Positions 39,743 through 49,909 of a DNA stretch of 64,000 bases are shown one piece after another. The notes under the pieces are model-generated. The model had not been told where the DNA came from, made no database searches, and saw nothing but the letters and a program-made list of their open reading frames with translations. Source of the stretch: Candidatus Amesbacteria bacterium (lineage in GTDB: Bacteria > Patescibacteriota > Microgenomatia > CAZETR01 > Amesbacteraceae); NCBI GenBank assembly GCA_963736875.1, contig CAVTQH010000002.1, positions 5,294 through 69,293 of the forward strand, read 5' to 3'. The stretch's first letter is position 1. Every line of letters begins with the position of its first letter. A program made the position numbers and the translations under genes.

Positions 39743-39973
39743 TTACCAGTCAGTATTACGGAAAGAAACAGGTGTATCCAGGCACATTGGTCTGACTGTC
39801 GGATTCGCTTCAGATTCAAAAGTTTCCGTCATCACTCCCACTTGTTTTAACATTACCACCGCAAACAAAACATACATCAAAAATCCTATTATCATAAATG
39901 CCTTGATTACCGGCCACACCCCGCCGGCCGCAAAATTGTTCAGCCATATCATCCCGACCGGTTGGTTATTCAC
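39743..39973 (-). CDS. DUF5657-like small membrane protein, probably frameshifted at the 3' end
   Basis: IKAFMIIGFLMYVLFAVVMLKQVGVMTETF. Confidence 0.55.
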   Translation of the reverse strand: MNNQPVGMIWLNNFAAGGVWPVIKAFMIIGFLMYVLFAVVMLKQVGVMTETFESEANPTVRPMCLDTPVSFRNTDW

Positions 39974-40541
39974 CTCTTTCCCTCCTTTTTTCCAGCTCTT
40001 CGGATAACTCGGAAATAATTTTAATCACTTTATCCGGATAAGGTATCCCCCGTCCTTCCACCGTGGCCGTTTCCGCTGCCGTTGCCACATAAATATCTCC
40101 GTACCTGAAAAGCGACCTGATAAACCCTCCCGCCACCATCCTCGGTTCCTCAATGTGATTCAGTGTTGCATAAGACACCACCCTGTACAGCAAATTTACA
40201 AAGTCTATATCCACCACCCGCTCATTGGTCACAATTAGTACCGAATACCACCAGTTTAAAAACTTTTCAAAACAAAACCCAAAAATTACCAGGTACCAGA
40301 ATAGTCTCCCCACCCATATAAACCTCAGGGGTATTCCGGCAAACATTCCCGTCAGGCTGAGAAGTTCCGGAAACACTGCCATCAGGATTGCCATCAAAAT
40401 CCACCTTAAATTGGTAATCGGATGGGCCCGGAGAAGCAGCACCACTTCTTCATCTTCCTGCTCATTAATAAATCGCCCCTCCGGCCATACACTATATGCC
40501 CCGCCCGCATCTTTTCTGGGTTTTTCTCCCACCCGTCCCAA
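39966..40541 (-). CDS. PH-domain membrane protein; true start probably near 40677 across a frameshift
   Basis: EEVVLLLRAHPI, WWYSVLIVTNERVVDIDF, FRYGDIYVATA. Confidence 0.7.
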   Translation of the reverse strand: MGRVGEKPRKDAGGAYSVWPEGRFINEQEDEEVVLLLRAHPITNLRWILMAILMAVFPELLSLTGMFAGIPLRFIWVGRLFWYLVIFGFCFEKFLNWWYSVLIVTNERVVDIDFVNLLYRVVSYATLNHIEEPRMVAGGFIRSLFRYGDIYVATAAETATVEGRGIPYPDKVIKIISELSEELEKRRERGE

Positions 40542-40695
40542 TACTTCCGTTCACCAGCTCGCGGGTTTGATCTCTTAATCTGATCTTTTTTTCATCGCCG
40601 GTTTCCTCCGGAAGCAGTACCCGCCTCTTTTACCTCACTTCTGTGAATGACTGGCTCGCCTTGTACACTTCCTGCATACCCAAATTTTACCACTC

Positions 40696-42477
40696 CTATT
40701 TTTTCTCGATATTAAACAGTCCGGATTTTAATGCTAATGCTCCGGGTGCCCGCAAATTAAACCCTTTTTTAAAATTCGCTCCCGAAATTGCCACTTCCCC
40801 TCTGTTGGTAGTCAGTATCACCCGGCCGGTCACCCCGCTCCTGTCATGCTCCACCCGGACTGCGGAAACACTGGTTACCCGGCCTCCGTATTTGTCCGCC
40901 TCCTCTGCCATCCGGGATTTCGACCAGGGATTATCGCTTCCTCCCCAACAACTCCGGACATCCTCCGGAAAAACTCCGCTGATATCCCCGCCCGCCGCAA
41001 CCACTATCGCCGCATTCACCATATCCGCAAATTCCGCTTCGGACAGCCACGGGTGGCTTCTTCCGCAGGTCTTCCCGCTTCTTGATTTGTACCATCCTTT
41101 ATAAAACCAGGGGCTTCCGCCCTTTACTTCCCAGGCTCCGTCCGCCCACCTCGTCCAGTCCGAAGTTGTATCCCAAAATCCCCCGGCTGTATGTCCCAGA
41201 CTGGAAGAACTTTGCTGGTAACCTCCCGAAGTACTGGCATACCAGGCATTCACCACTTCATTTGAGTCATTGCCTACCAATATTTTCCCGCGGGTTTCAG
41301 ACACCGCCTGGGCCCACAGCCCGGGATTGTCCGCTTTACTCGATTTCCACACCTGGCAAGCCTCGGTCACGCAGATCGAGCTTTTCACCGACTGGCTCCC
41401 CATCCGCCACCCGGTATAAGCCAGGGCATAGCTTCTGGCCGCAATTGCCTGGGCTTTTAATGCTTCCATTCCTCCCTCACTTCCCCAGACTGTCGGCATT
41501 TCCGCAATCCCCTTCATATATCTGTCCTCAAATGCCATATTTCCCGCAGTGGTTCTCATGGTTATTCCCGTATTTACTTCCGCAATTCTCACATTCCCGT
41601 AATAATCTTTCAGAATCTGTTCATAGTTTTGGCCCGCCTTTGCCCGGCCGAATGCTCCGTACTGGCTCATCCCTTTAAAGTGCGGAGCCCCGAAAGAAAA
41701 CATCGCAAATGCCGGTGAAAATCCCGGATTGTAGCCGGGTCTGGCTGCCGGATCATCGGCCAGTGGCACATCCCCTACCGAAGTCGTAAATGTCCCCGTT
41801 TTCTCTGCCAAAAGTTCCTGTTGCCTGGCGGTTAATGCCGAAATCTTTCCCCCCAGGTCCGCTTCATAACGACTCGCTTTCGCTACTTCCCCGGCCAGCC
41901 ACTTTTCCTGCTTATCTGTTTTTTCCTTCAACAAAGCCAGGCTGGTTTTCTGTGCCGTCAGTGTCCGGGTCTGTTCATCCAGTTCTTTGATTTCCCCGGC
42001 CAAAGCTTCAATCAGTCCCTGGTCCATCAAAGTTAATCTTTTCCGGTATTCCATTTCCCTGAAAAATCCGGCCGCGGAATCTGCCGAAAACAGCAGTTTC
42101 AAAATCGGCTGCTCCCTTCTCCTGACATAATCCTGTCTGATTTTGGCCGAGAGAAGTTCCTGTTTCACCCCCACTTTCACTTCTCTTTCAAAAATTCCCT
42201 TTTCCAGTTTCACCACCTGCCCCTCCAGTGATTTAATCTGTGTCTGCAGCCTTCCGATTTGTGCCTGCAGGGACTGCAGTGTCTGTTTATTGGCAGTGTT
42301 TGCTTTGGCTATCGCATCCAGTATCCCGCCGTATTTGCTGATACACCCGGATATTACCTGCGGATCCGTCAAACCCCCCGGATTATCACACTCTTCCGCT
42401 TTTACTATGCCGGTAAACATCACCAAACACCCCATCATAATCAACGTCACCGCTGACAAAACACCCCTCTTGGTCAT
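40696..42477 (-). CDS. SpoIID/LytB-domain peptidoglycan hydrolase with an N-terminal coiled coil
   Basis: GMSQYGA.GRA..GQ.Y.QIL..YY, GIAEMP, EALKAQAIAARSYA. Confidence 0.88.
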   Translation of the reverse strand: MTKRGVLSAVTLIMMGCLVMFTGIVKAEECDNPGGLTDPQVISGCISKYGGILDAIAKANTANKQTLQSLQAQIGRLQTQIKSLEGQVVKLEKGIFEREVKVGVKQELLSAKIRQDYVRRREQPILKLLFSADSAAGFFREMEYRKRLTLMDQGLIEALAGEIKELDEQTRTLTAQKTSLALLKEKTDKQEKWLAGEVAKASRYEADLGGKISALTARQQELLAEKTGTFTTSVGDVPLADDPAARPGYNPGFSPAFAMFSFGAPHFKGMSQYGAFGRAKAGQNYEQILKDYYGNVRIAEVNTGITMRTTAGNMAFEDRYMKGIAEMPTVWGSEGGMEALKAQAIAARSYALAYTGWRMGSQSVKSSICVTEACQVWKSSKADNPGLWAQAVSETRGKILVGNDSNEVVNAWYASTSGGYQQSSSSLGHTAGGFWDTTSDWTRWADGAWEVKGGSPWFYKGWYKSRSGKTCGRSHPWLSEAEFADMVNAAIVVAAGGDISGVFPEDVRSCWGGSDNPWSKSRMAEEADKYGGRVTSVSAVRVEHDRSGVTGRVILTTNRGEVAISGANFKKGFNLRAPGALALKSGLFNIEKK

Positions 42478-42513
42478 TTAGTCATTATATCCGTAATCTG
42501 CTATAGTAATCTT

Positions 42514-42909
42514 ATGCGTCGTAAGCTGACTTTTTTATCTCTCAATATTCTCCTTTTTTGCCTGTCGTTTTTATACCCCCTCCCGGTATCTGCTGAATGG
42601 TGCACCCCCGGAAATCCCACCTCCGGAGTAAGAACCGCCTTGGGTTGTCTCCAAATTATTACTCCCACCGCTTTTATCTCCCAACTTCTTCCTTGGTTAA
42701 TGGGAATGGCAGGTCTGATTGCTCTTTTAACAATAGTCTATGCTGGTTTCCTTATAATTACCGCTGGTGGTGATCCTAAAAAAATTACCGCCGGAAAAGA
42801 AATTATCTTCACTTCGATAACCGGTCTCGTTTTTATTGCTTTAACTGTTCTGTTACTTAATTTTATCGGGGTGAGAATCCTTCAGTTGGGTCCTGAAGGA
42901 TTCCATTAA
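42514..42909 (+). CDS. VirB2/TrbC-like pilin 1
   Basis: Signal-like N-terminus; two TM helices joined by TAGGDPKKITAGKE. Confidence 0.8.
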   Translation: MRRKLTFLSLNILLFCLSFLYPLPVSAEWCTPGNPTSGVRTALGCLQIITPTAFISQLLPWLMGMAGLIALLTIVYAGFLIITAGGDPKKITAGKEIIFTSITGLVFIALTVLLLNFIGVRILQLGPEGFH

Positions 42910-42924
42910 CTAAAAAACAATATT

Positions 42925-43221
42925 ATGCACCTGGCTCAGCTTTCCCTCCCGTCCCCATCATCAGTCTTCACTGATTGGTATACTTTGCCATCCGTGCTGG
43001 CCGGCCGTATCCTCATGTACGCCATCCCGCTTGCCGGCATTTATTTCTTCGTCAGACTGCTGACCGCCGGTTTTTCAATGATGTCCAGCCAGGGTGATCC
43101 GGCCAAAATTCAGACAGCTCAAAGCGTCATCACTAATTCACTATTAGGCCTATTAATAGTTATCACCGTTTATTTTATTGTCCAGATTGTTCAATATATT
43201 ACCGGCATTAATCTTATATGA
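42925..43221 (+). CDS. VirB2/TrbC-like pilin 2
   Basis: SSQGDPAKIQTAQSVITNSLLGL. Confidence 0.8.
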   Translation: MHLAQLSLPSPSSVFTDWYTLPSVLAGRILMYAIPLAGIYFFVRLLTAGFSMMSSQGDPAKIQTAQSVITNSLLGLLIVITVYFIVQIVQYITGINLI

Positions 43222-43284
43222 AAAGTTGGCGTATCACCACATATTATTTTCTTTTATCTATTTCTTTTACACCCCCCCCACATT

Positions 43285-43605
43285 ATGCCGTTTAATATCG
43301 ACGGAATTTTCATCGACCATCCCAATGCCAGAAGCTTCTCGGGTAATGATATTGGTCAGGTCATTTCAGCGCTTCTACCCAATGCCATAATTATTGCCGG
43401 TGTCTTTTTCTTTCTGTTGATTATCTATGGTGGTTTCCAGTTAATCGTCTACGGAGGCCAGAATAACAGCCCGCAACGGGTTTCCCAGTCAAGAAACATG
43501 ATTACTTACGGACTCATCGGCTTCTTGCTAGTTGTCTCTGCCTATTTTATACTACAAATAATCCAGTACGTTACCGGAATTAACTTTATTAACACTCCCA
43601 TATAA
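43285..43605 (+). CDS. VirB2/TrbC-like pilin 3
   Basis: YGGFQLIVYGG...SRNMITYGLIG. Confidence 0.78.
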   Translation: MPFNIDGIFIDHPNARSFSGNDIGQVISALLPNAIIIAGVFFFLLIIYGGFQLIVYGGQNNSPQRVSQSRNMITYGLIGFLLVVSAYFILQIIQYVTGINFINTPI

Positions 43606-43611
43606 AATAGA

Positions 43612-43971
43612 ATGCTTGGCATCTTCGGCGACATCCTCAACCCATACCGTCCGGCTGGAATTAATGTTCCCACATACAGTGGTAGTACCCAAGGTCAGGG
43701 CTTAATTATTATCCTTACCAACCTTGTCCGTCTGGCTATGGTTCTAGCCGGTATCTACACCTTAATCAATATTATTCTGGCCGGTTACGGATTCTTAAGC
43801 GCCGGCGGAGACCCCAAAGCAATTCAAAAATCCCAGGAAAGAATTTGGCGCTCTGTTTTGGGTTTGGTTATCGTTGTCGGTTCAATAGTTCTTGCCAGTG
43901 TCATAGGTTATATTCTCTATGGAAGCTCCGGATGGAACTTACTGATTAGTCCCCGATTATATTCTCCCTGA
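43612..43971 (+). CDS. VirB2/TrbC-like pilin 4
   Basis: AGYGFLSAGGDPKAIQKSQERIW. Confidence 0.8.
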   Translation: MLGIFGDILNPYRPAGINVPTYSGSTQGQGLIIILTNLVRLAMVLAGIYTLINIILAGYGFLSAGGDPKAIQKSQERIWRSVLGLVIVVGSIVLASVIGYILYGSSGWNLLISPRLYSP

Positions 43972-43979
43972 TCAAAATT

Positions 43980-44345
43980 ATGTCTCCCCTTCTTGCCGCC
44001 CAAACTACCATCGGAAACATCACCGGTATCGGACCATACGGTACCCCTCCTGGACCTGCTTCTGCTATTCAGTATTTCACGGGGATTATTTCAACTATCA
44101 TCGGGCTTTTAACCATCATTGCCGGTTTGTGGTTCATGATTCAGATAATACTCGGCGGTCTTCGTTGGATTTCTTCGGGTGGCGACAAACAAGCTAACCA
44201 GGATGCTCAAAAGCGCATTACCAACGCCCTGATTGGTATCGTCATTGTTATTTTTGCCTACGCCTTCAATGGCCTTGTGGGTCAGATTTTCGGATTGGAA
44301 ACAATAGACGTTGGCGGTTTAATTTTTAACAACATTCGTCCTTAA
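43980..44345 (+). CDS. VirB2/TrbC-like pilin 5
   Basis: GGLRWISSGGDKQANQDAQKRITNALIG. Confidence 0.8.
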   Translation: MSPLLAAQTTIGNITGIGPYGTPPGPASAIQYFTGIISTIIGLLTIIAGLWFMIQIILGGLRWISSGGDKQANQDAQKRITNALIGIVIVIFAYAFNGLVGQIFGLETIDVGGLIFNNIRP

Positions 44346-44348
44346 AAC

Positions 44349-44702
44349 ATGTATTCACGTCTTTTAGCTCAGGGTATTCCCATTATTAATCCCGCCATAA
44401 ATACGCGTATTGGTATTTTTGCCAACGTTTCCAACAGTGGTGGAGCCATTCAATCCCTGCTTCGGATACTCATAAACCTCGCCTTGGGTGTTTCCGGTCT
44501 CTATTTTTTCTTCACTCTCATCCTCGGAGGATATGCCTTTATTACAGCCGGCGGAGACAAAGAAGCCGTCCAAAAGGCTACCGCTCGAATCCGTAACGCT
44601 TTTATCGGTATAATTGTCGTCTTTTCTACTTATGTTATCGTCTATGTCGTCGAAACTCTCTTTGGCATCAATATCAGGTTGATTAATCTCCCCAATGTCT
44701 AG
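44349..44702 (+). CDS. VirB2/TrbC-like pilin 6
   Basis: GGYAFITAGGDKEAVQKATARIRNAFIG. Confidence 0.8.
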   Translation: MYSRLLAQGIPIINPAINTRIGIFANVSNSGGAIQSLLRILINLALGVSGLYFFFTLILGGYAFITAGGDKEAVQKATARIRNAFIGIIVVFSTYVIVYVVETLFGINIRLINLPNV

Positions 44703-44706
44703 AATT

Positions 44707-45048
44707 ATGTTAAAACTGATAGCGCAAGCCGATACTGTCACCGTCCTGAGCAACAATCCCAATTACGCCGCCATTGAGTTGCTTAGACCATCTTGGTATA
44801 TCAGAACAGCTCTGAATCTCCTCCTGGGTGCAGCCGGTGTGGCCGCTTTTATATTCCTTCTTATGGGCGGAATTCAATGGATCATGGCAGGCGGAGATAA
44901 AGATGCTTTGGACAAAGCCAGAAAGAAAGTCACCCAGGCCTTAATTGGTTTGGTAATCGTCTTTTCCTCCTATGTCATCCTCTATATCATCCGCGCTTTG
45001 TTCAATGTTAACCTCATTCAGTTTACCATAAGAAATCTGGGTGGATAA
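44707..45048 (+). CDS. VirB2/TrbC-like pilin 7
   Basis: GGIQWIMAGGDKDALDKARKKVTQALIG; start placed at MLKLIAQ. Confidence 0.8.
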   Translation: MLKLIAQADTVTVLSNNPNYAAIELLRPSWYIRTALNLLLGAAGVAAFIFLLMGGIQWIMAGGDKDALDKARKKVTQALIGLVIVFSSYVILYIIRALFNVNLIQFTIRNLGG

Positions 45049-45124
45049 TCCGGATAACACTGTCCCATTTAACGCTCCTGTCTTGTTGCTTGGTTCAAAT
45101 TGTTATAAACTGGTTTTTACCTGC

Positions 45125-45517
45125 ATGAAACGTTTTTCGATATCATACTTTGCCGCACTCATCCTGCTTTCACTGATTGTCCCCTCTTCGGTTTTTGCCG
45201 GTGTTATTATTAATCTCCAGGATCCAAGCAGTCCTTACAGAAACATCTACAATCTTCGTCCGTCGGCATACGCCAGAACCGCTATCAACCTGCTTTTGGG
45301 TTTTGCTGGTGTTCTGGCTTTTCTCTACCTCCTCTGGGGTGGAATTCAATGGATTACGGCAGGCGGTGACAAAGATGCTTTGGACAAAGCCCGCAAACGG
45401 ATTACCCAGGCTCTTATCGGTTTGGCCATCGTCTTCTCCGTTTATGCTCTCCTCTATATCATCCGCGTTCTCTTCGGTATCAATCTCATTCAGGTGGTCA
45501 TCAATAACATCAGTTAA
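45125..45517 (+). CDS. VirB2/TrbC-like pilin 8
   Basis: GGIQWITAGGDKDALDKARKRITQALIG; start placed at MKRFSIS (signal peptide ending VFA). Confidence 0.8.
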   Translation: MKRFSISYFAALILLSLIVPSSVFAGVIINLQDPSSPYRNIYNLRPSAYARTAINLLLGFAGVLAFLYLLWGGIQWITAGGDKDALDKARKRITQALIGLAIVFSVYALLYIIRVLFGINLIQVVINNIS

Positions 45518-45555
45518 TCTGTGCTATACTTTCCTCGAAAGGTGGTGAGTTTATA

Positions 45556-45975
45556 GTGAAAATTCAAAAACTTCTCTCTTATGGAGGGGCTTTGGCCACA
45601 GTTTTGGCCCTCAACCCCTCTTCCGTTTTGGCTCAGGGGGCCCCGTTGGCTCCTGACACGGCCTCGATTTTCAACGTCGACTCCACCCGTTTCGGTATGC
45701 TGATGGGCTATACCCCGTCAATGTTTTTAAGAACTCTCTTAAATGTTCTTTTGGGTGTAGCTGGTGTTGCTTCATTCATCATCCTTTTATGGGGTGGTCT
45801 GCAATGGATTCTGGCTGGTGGAGATAAAGAAGGCACTGAAAAAGCCCGCAAAAAGATTACTGCGGCTCTTATCGGTTTGGCCATCGTCTTCTCCGCATAC
45901 GCTTTGCTGTATATCCTCAGGGCTCTGTTTAACGTCGACCTTATTCAGGTTGAACTTCGTCAGATCGGTACCTGA
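45556..45975 (+). CDS. VirB2/TrbC-like pilin 9, candidate major pilin
   Basis: GGLQWILAGGDKEGTEKARKKITAALIG; own TGCTATACT -10, GAAAGGTGGTGA SD and downstream terminator. Confidence 0.82.
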   Translation: MKIQKLLSYGGALATVLALNPSSVLAQGAPLAPDTASIFNVDSTRFGMLMGYTPSMFLRTLLNVLLGVAGVASFIILLWGGLQWILAGGDKEGTEKARKKITAALIGLAIVFSAYALLYILRALFNVDLIQVELRQIGT

Positions 45976-46000
45976 TGATAAAAGGCAAATTGCCAAAATT

Positions 46001-46032
46001 ACTACCCCGGTTCTTGCCGGGGTAGTTTTTTT
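46001..46032 (+). terminator. Intrinsic terminator after pilin 9
   Basis: ACTACCCCGG-TTCTTG-CCGGGGTAGT followed by a T-run. Confidence 0.88.
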
Positions 46033-46062
46033 GTCTTGTTTGGCTTATATTTATACTCAAGC

Positions 46063-46359
46063 ATGACCCCTCCTTCAATTCTTAGTAATCTTTCCTATGT
46101 CTTAGCCGCTGGCATCTTACGCTCGGCTATCGGTTTGGTCGGTGTTGCTTTTATTATTATGTTGGTGTTCAGTGGTTATAACTACATCAGCGCCGGCGGT
46201 AACAAGGAAGCCCTGATCAAAGCTCAGCACTCCTTCACATATGCTTTTATCGGACTGATTATCGCTTTATCAGCATGGATTATTGTCAGCATGGTCGGTC
46301 GTTTCGTTGGTGTTAACTTCCGTGTTTTCTCAGTCTGTATTACCCCGGGTTGTATATAG
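46063..46359 (+). CDS. VirB2/TrbC-like pilin 10
   Basis: SGYNYISAGGNKEALIKAQHSFTYAFIG; start placed at MTPPS. Confidence 0.78.
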   Translation: MTPPSILSNLSYVLAAGILRSAIGLVGVAFIIMLVFSGYNYISAGGNKEALIKAQHSFTYAFIGLIIALSAWIIVSMVGRFVGVNFRVFSVCITPGCI

Positions 46360-46401
46360 CTTTTTGTTTGATATTGCCAATCTTCTGCTACAATATATTT
46401 A

Positions 46402-49400
46402 ATGCCTCTGCGCCGTATTTTTCTTCTTCTGATTTTTGTAATCACCCTGCTTATTACTCCCCTGCGTGTCTCTGCCCAATCGCGCGATTGCTGTACCAAC
46501 CCCGGAGGCAGAGCCTGTGGCGCAGAATGCGACCTTGATGATGACAGTGATCCCCCTGACGGTTATCCGGATTCCGGCCATGACGCTGACTGCTACACCG
46601 GCAAAATATCTCCGTGTGATGCCGGTACCTGGCGCTGTAATTTCGACCCCGCCCACAGTATTTATCATGGCCATTGTATCAATGCCAACTTCTGCCCCGC
46701 TCCGCTTGGAGCCTGTATCCCCACCCCCCCACCCACTCCCACCCCCCTCCCCCCACCTCTCCCTAATCCCGTACCGATGGACAATTTTAGACCGCTTAGG
46801 TACCCATGCAATAGAATTGCCGAACCTGAATATCATCCCCTCCGTCCCTACCCCGGTTCTCCCTGCGATCCCCTGATTCCCCGTAAAGTTCCTGAAGCTC
46901 CGGTTTCCACCGACCCGGACAAAATGTACCTGACCTACTTCTGCGGCAAATCCCTGAATGTCTCCGGCGTTGATCTAAGCCTCGATGTCGTCCGAATTTG
47001 TGGCATACCCGTTATTCCCAGCCCCATACCCCTCCCCTATGATTCCCTTCCCGGCATGGTTGAACCGGAATGGGAATCTATTCACTACCGCTGTGACAAC
47101 ACCTCCACCGACATTTGCTATGTCAAAAGGATTAACTGGGATCTGGAATTTGATCTTTCCCCCGCCCAACTTCCCATTATGGGTAATACTGAGGTTAACT
47201 TCGCCGACGTGATTAAAGTCAACGGCTATCTCAGCTGGTATCTAAACGGCACTATTTTTCAGGCGGAACAACTCCCTTTAAGTGGCACTGATCCCGCTGA
47301 CTCAAGACGTATTACCACCTATTCCGGACCGTTAAACAAACTTATTCCCAAGTTATGGAGTGACGAGCTCAAACATACCCTTTATTCCAATAATGTCGGT
47401 GCTGACTATCATGATTATCTCATTGCCTGCCAAAGAGATATCGATTATGCATACGTCCGCGACGCTCTAATTCAGCTTCTCACGAGTATTTTTGGAAACA
47501 TTTTTGATGTGATTCGGATTGCCGGCATTCTTTTAAGTAACGGCTGGGAATTTATCGGCGAAGTCGGGAGAGCATTGGGGGATATTTCTAGAGCAATTAT
47601 CAACGGCGCAATTCATATTCCCCCGGCATCCGGTGATATTGCCCAAGCCGCTCAGATTTTTATAGGCCACGGCCTGACTGTTCTCGGCAACAACCTTGGA
47701 GACGTCGAAACTCTCCTCAATTTGGGACAAGATATTATTAATAATATCGGCTCAGTGCTTCAGGCTTTCAGCCTCAATTTAATCGAATCCTGCTCCACTA
47801 GTGATGACGAGTGGCGTTTAAGCGACATGGCGGCCAATGATTGGGAACGAGGTCTGCCTTATGTCCCCTACAGTACCCTGGAAGACACCACCGGGGAGGT
47901 GACTGTGAGTGTTATTCCGGCAAACCAGCCCGTATCTCCGGATATTGATGGCATAATTTTGTCCATATCGCTCCGGATAGATGCCCCGTCTGACTCCCGG
48001 CTTTATTTCCCCCACCTAAGGGCTGCCCTCGCTCTTTCTGAAATGCTTTCCGGTACTTACCGGCCTCTCATGACCCCTACTCCTGCTGTCAGCTCTTTAG
48101 ACCAACAACTTGTCAGCCAAAGAATTACCCAGCATCAAGGACAACCTTGGATTGTTCCTGGCGGTTCAGATGACACCATCGTCCAGATCGCCCGGGAATA
48201 TCCGAACAGCCTTCGGATTACCCGCAATACCGAAGTCCGGGAAAACGCTCCCGCTCCCACCCCTCTTTACAATGCCGACAGGCTCTGTGACTTGGTAAAA
48301 GTCCGCACCAACCGTGGCGATACCTTAAAACCTGGTCCTAACCCTCTTCCTGTCGGAACCAAATCAATAAATGCCACTCTTACCTACTATCAGTTAATGC
48401 GTTATACACCAAGACTGGCCATCCAGTGTGCCGGACGCGCTTGTCCTACTCCCAACGGCACCGGCCTCTGTGTCAACGATCCTTGTGCCGACAGAGGAGA
48501 TGTGTGCAGCCTGACTAATCCCACCCAGTGCTGCACCGATGGACTCCATGGCGGATATGACACTGCTGAAGGCGATTGCCCTTTTGAACAGGAATGTGTC
48601 CACGCTGATGCGGAATTCTGACTGTGTACCCTCCTTGGATGGGTGTGTAGACGATCCGGCTACCGGCCGTCGAGTCAAATCTATACTTAAGCTGTGCGCT
48701 GCAGAGACGGCTCCCAAGATCCGACTAGTCTGCTGCGGTCCCCAGGAAGATTCTGTAACGGATGAATATTGTGATCTTTCACCAGGTTGTCCTTATTTCT
48801 TCACCGATCCGGTTATTGTCGAACTTATTGCGGAACTATGCGCAGAGGGACTGTGTATCAGATACTGTGTGATTGGCACGTAGAGGAATTGTGGGGTGGT
48901 CACACCAGCGGCCCAATCCTCCCCATTCTGCCCTGCCTGGCCTGACAGGGCACTTAGATCCGCCGCCCGGACCAACGTCTTTACCAAAACTCCTATTGTC
49001 GAAAAGCTTTATGATCTATTGATATACCAGCCCCAGTCACTGCTCCGCCGCTGGCTACCCAAACTACCCCTAAGTGCCACCAGCGCCTCTACCCTTTTAA
49101 CCGGTAAGGATTCTACCGTTCCCGTCAGTACCTCTGTTAATTATACCGGCACTACAGACCAACTATTTAACCCGCGGGTTACGGCAGGCCGGGGTGGTGG
49201 AGGTTCCCTGTATTTTCCCCACCTGGGTAGTCTGTCTGATTACCTTCTGGGTTATCCCAATGGTGAAAATCTTAATCTTCAGCGCCTCCTTCGCCCCAAA
49301 GGTTTTATTGGCCGTGTCGGTATCGATAATCTCAGTGGTGTCATCAACTGCAACACCAATGTACCGGATCAATCCATCTCCTGCGTTGACAGAGCTAATT

Positions 49401-49846
49401 ATATTGATGTTGCTGAAAGGTGGACCAGCATGCCGGAAGGTACCCATGCCGAACTGTGTTTTAACGATGTCGTCTACCGGGCCAATGCTGCCGGTGTCAA
49501 TCCTGGTATGTCCCTTCTTGTCTGGCTTAATGAATCAGACGCCAGTAACTACGACTGGAGAACTCCGGTTGAAGACTTTGGTATCCATACGGGGCAATAT
49601 AACAACCCCAACGATTTCAACACCCAAATTACTGGTCATCTGGTCAATATCCCCCTGATGGCTTCCAGATGTGCCTCCGAACTGTCCGCGTGTGGCGGTA
49701 ACGACGCTTGTCGAGCCCACATCTTCGGCGCCCTTTACCTCACTGGAGACAGTTGTACCCCCAATGCGGCGGATATCGCTTACGGAAACGGTCTCATGGA
49801 GGTGTGGTCTTGGATAGGTGGCGGCTGCTCCTTCCCCTTCCCATAA
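46402..49846 (+). CDS. Large secreted Cys/Pro-rich protein, probably one gene broken by indels; the C-terminal part is lysozyme/transglycosylase-like
   Basis: ORFs 46402..48621, 48539..48883 and 48896..49846. Signal peptide; repeated LYFPHL; GVNPGMSLLVWLNESDASNY...DFGI. Confidence 0.5.
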
Positions 49847-49909
49847 TTGTTATTATTGAATCTTATGTTTAATTAGTCTAAAGTAGTCATACACGAACCT
49901 ACTTTATCC

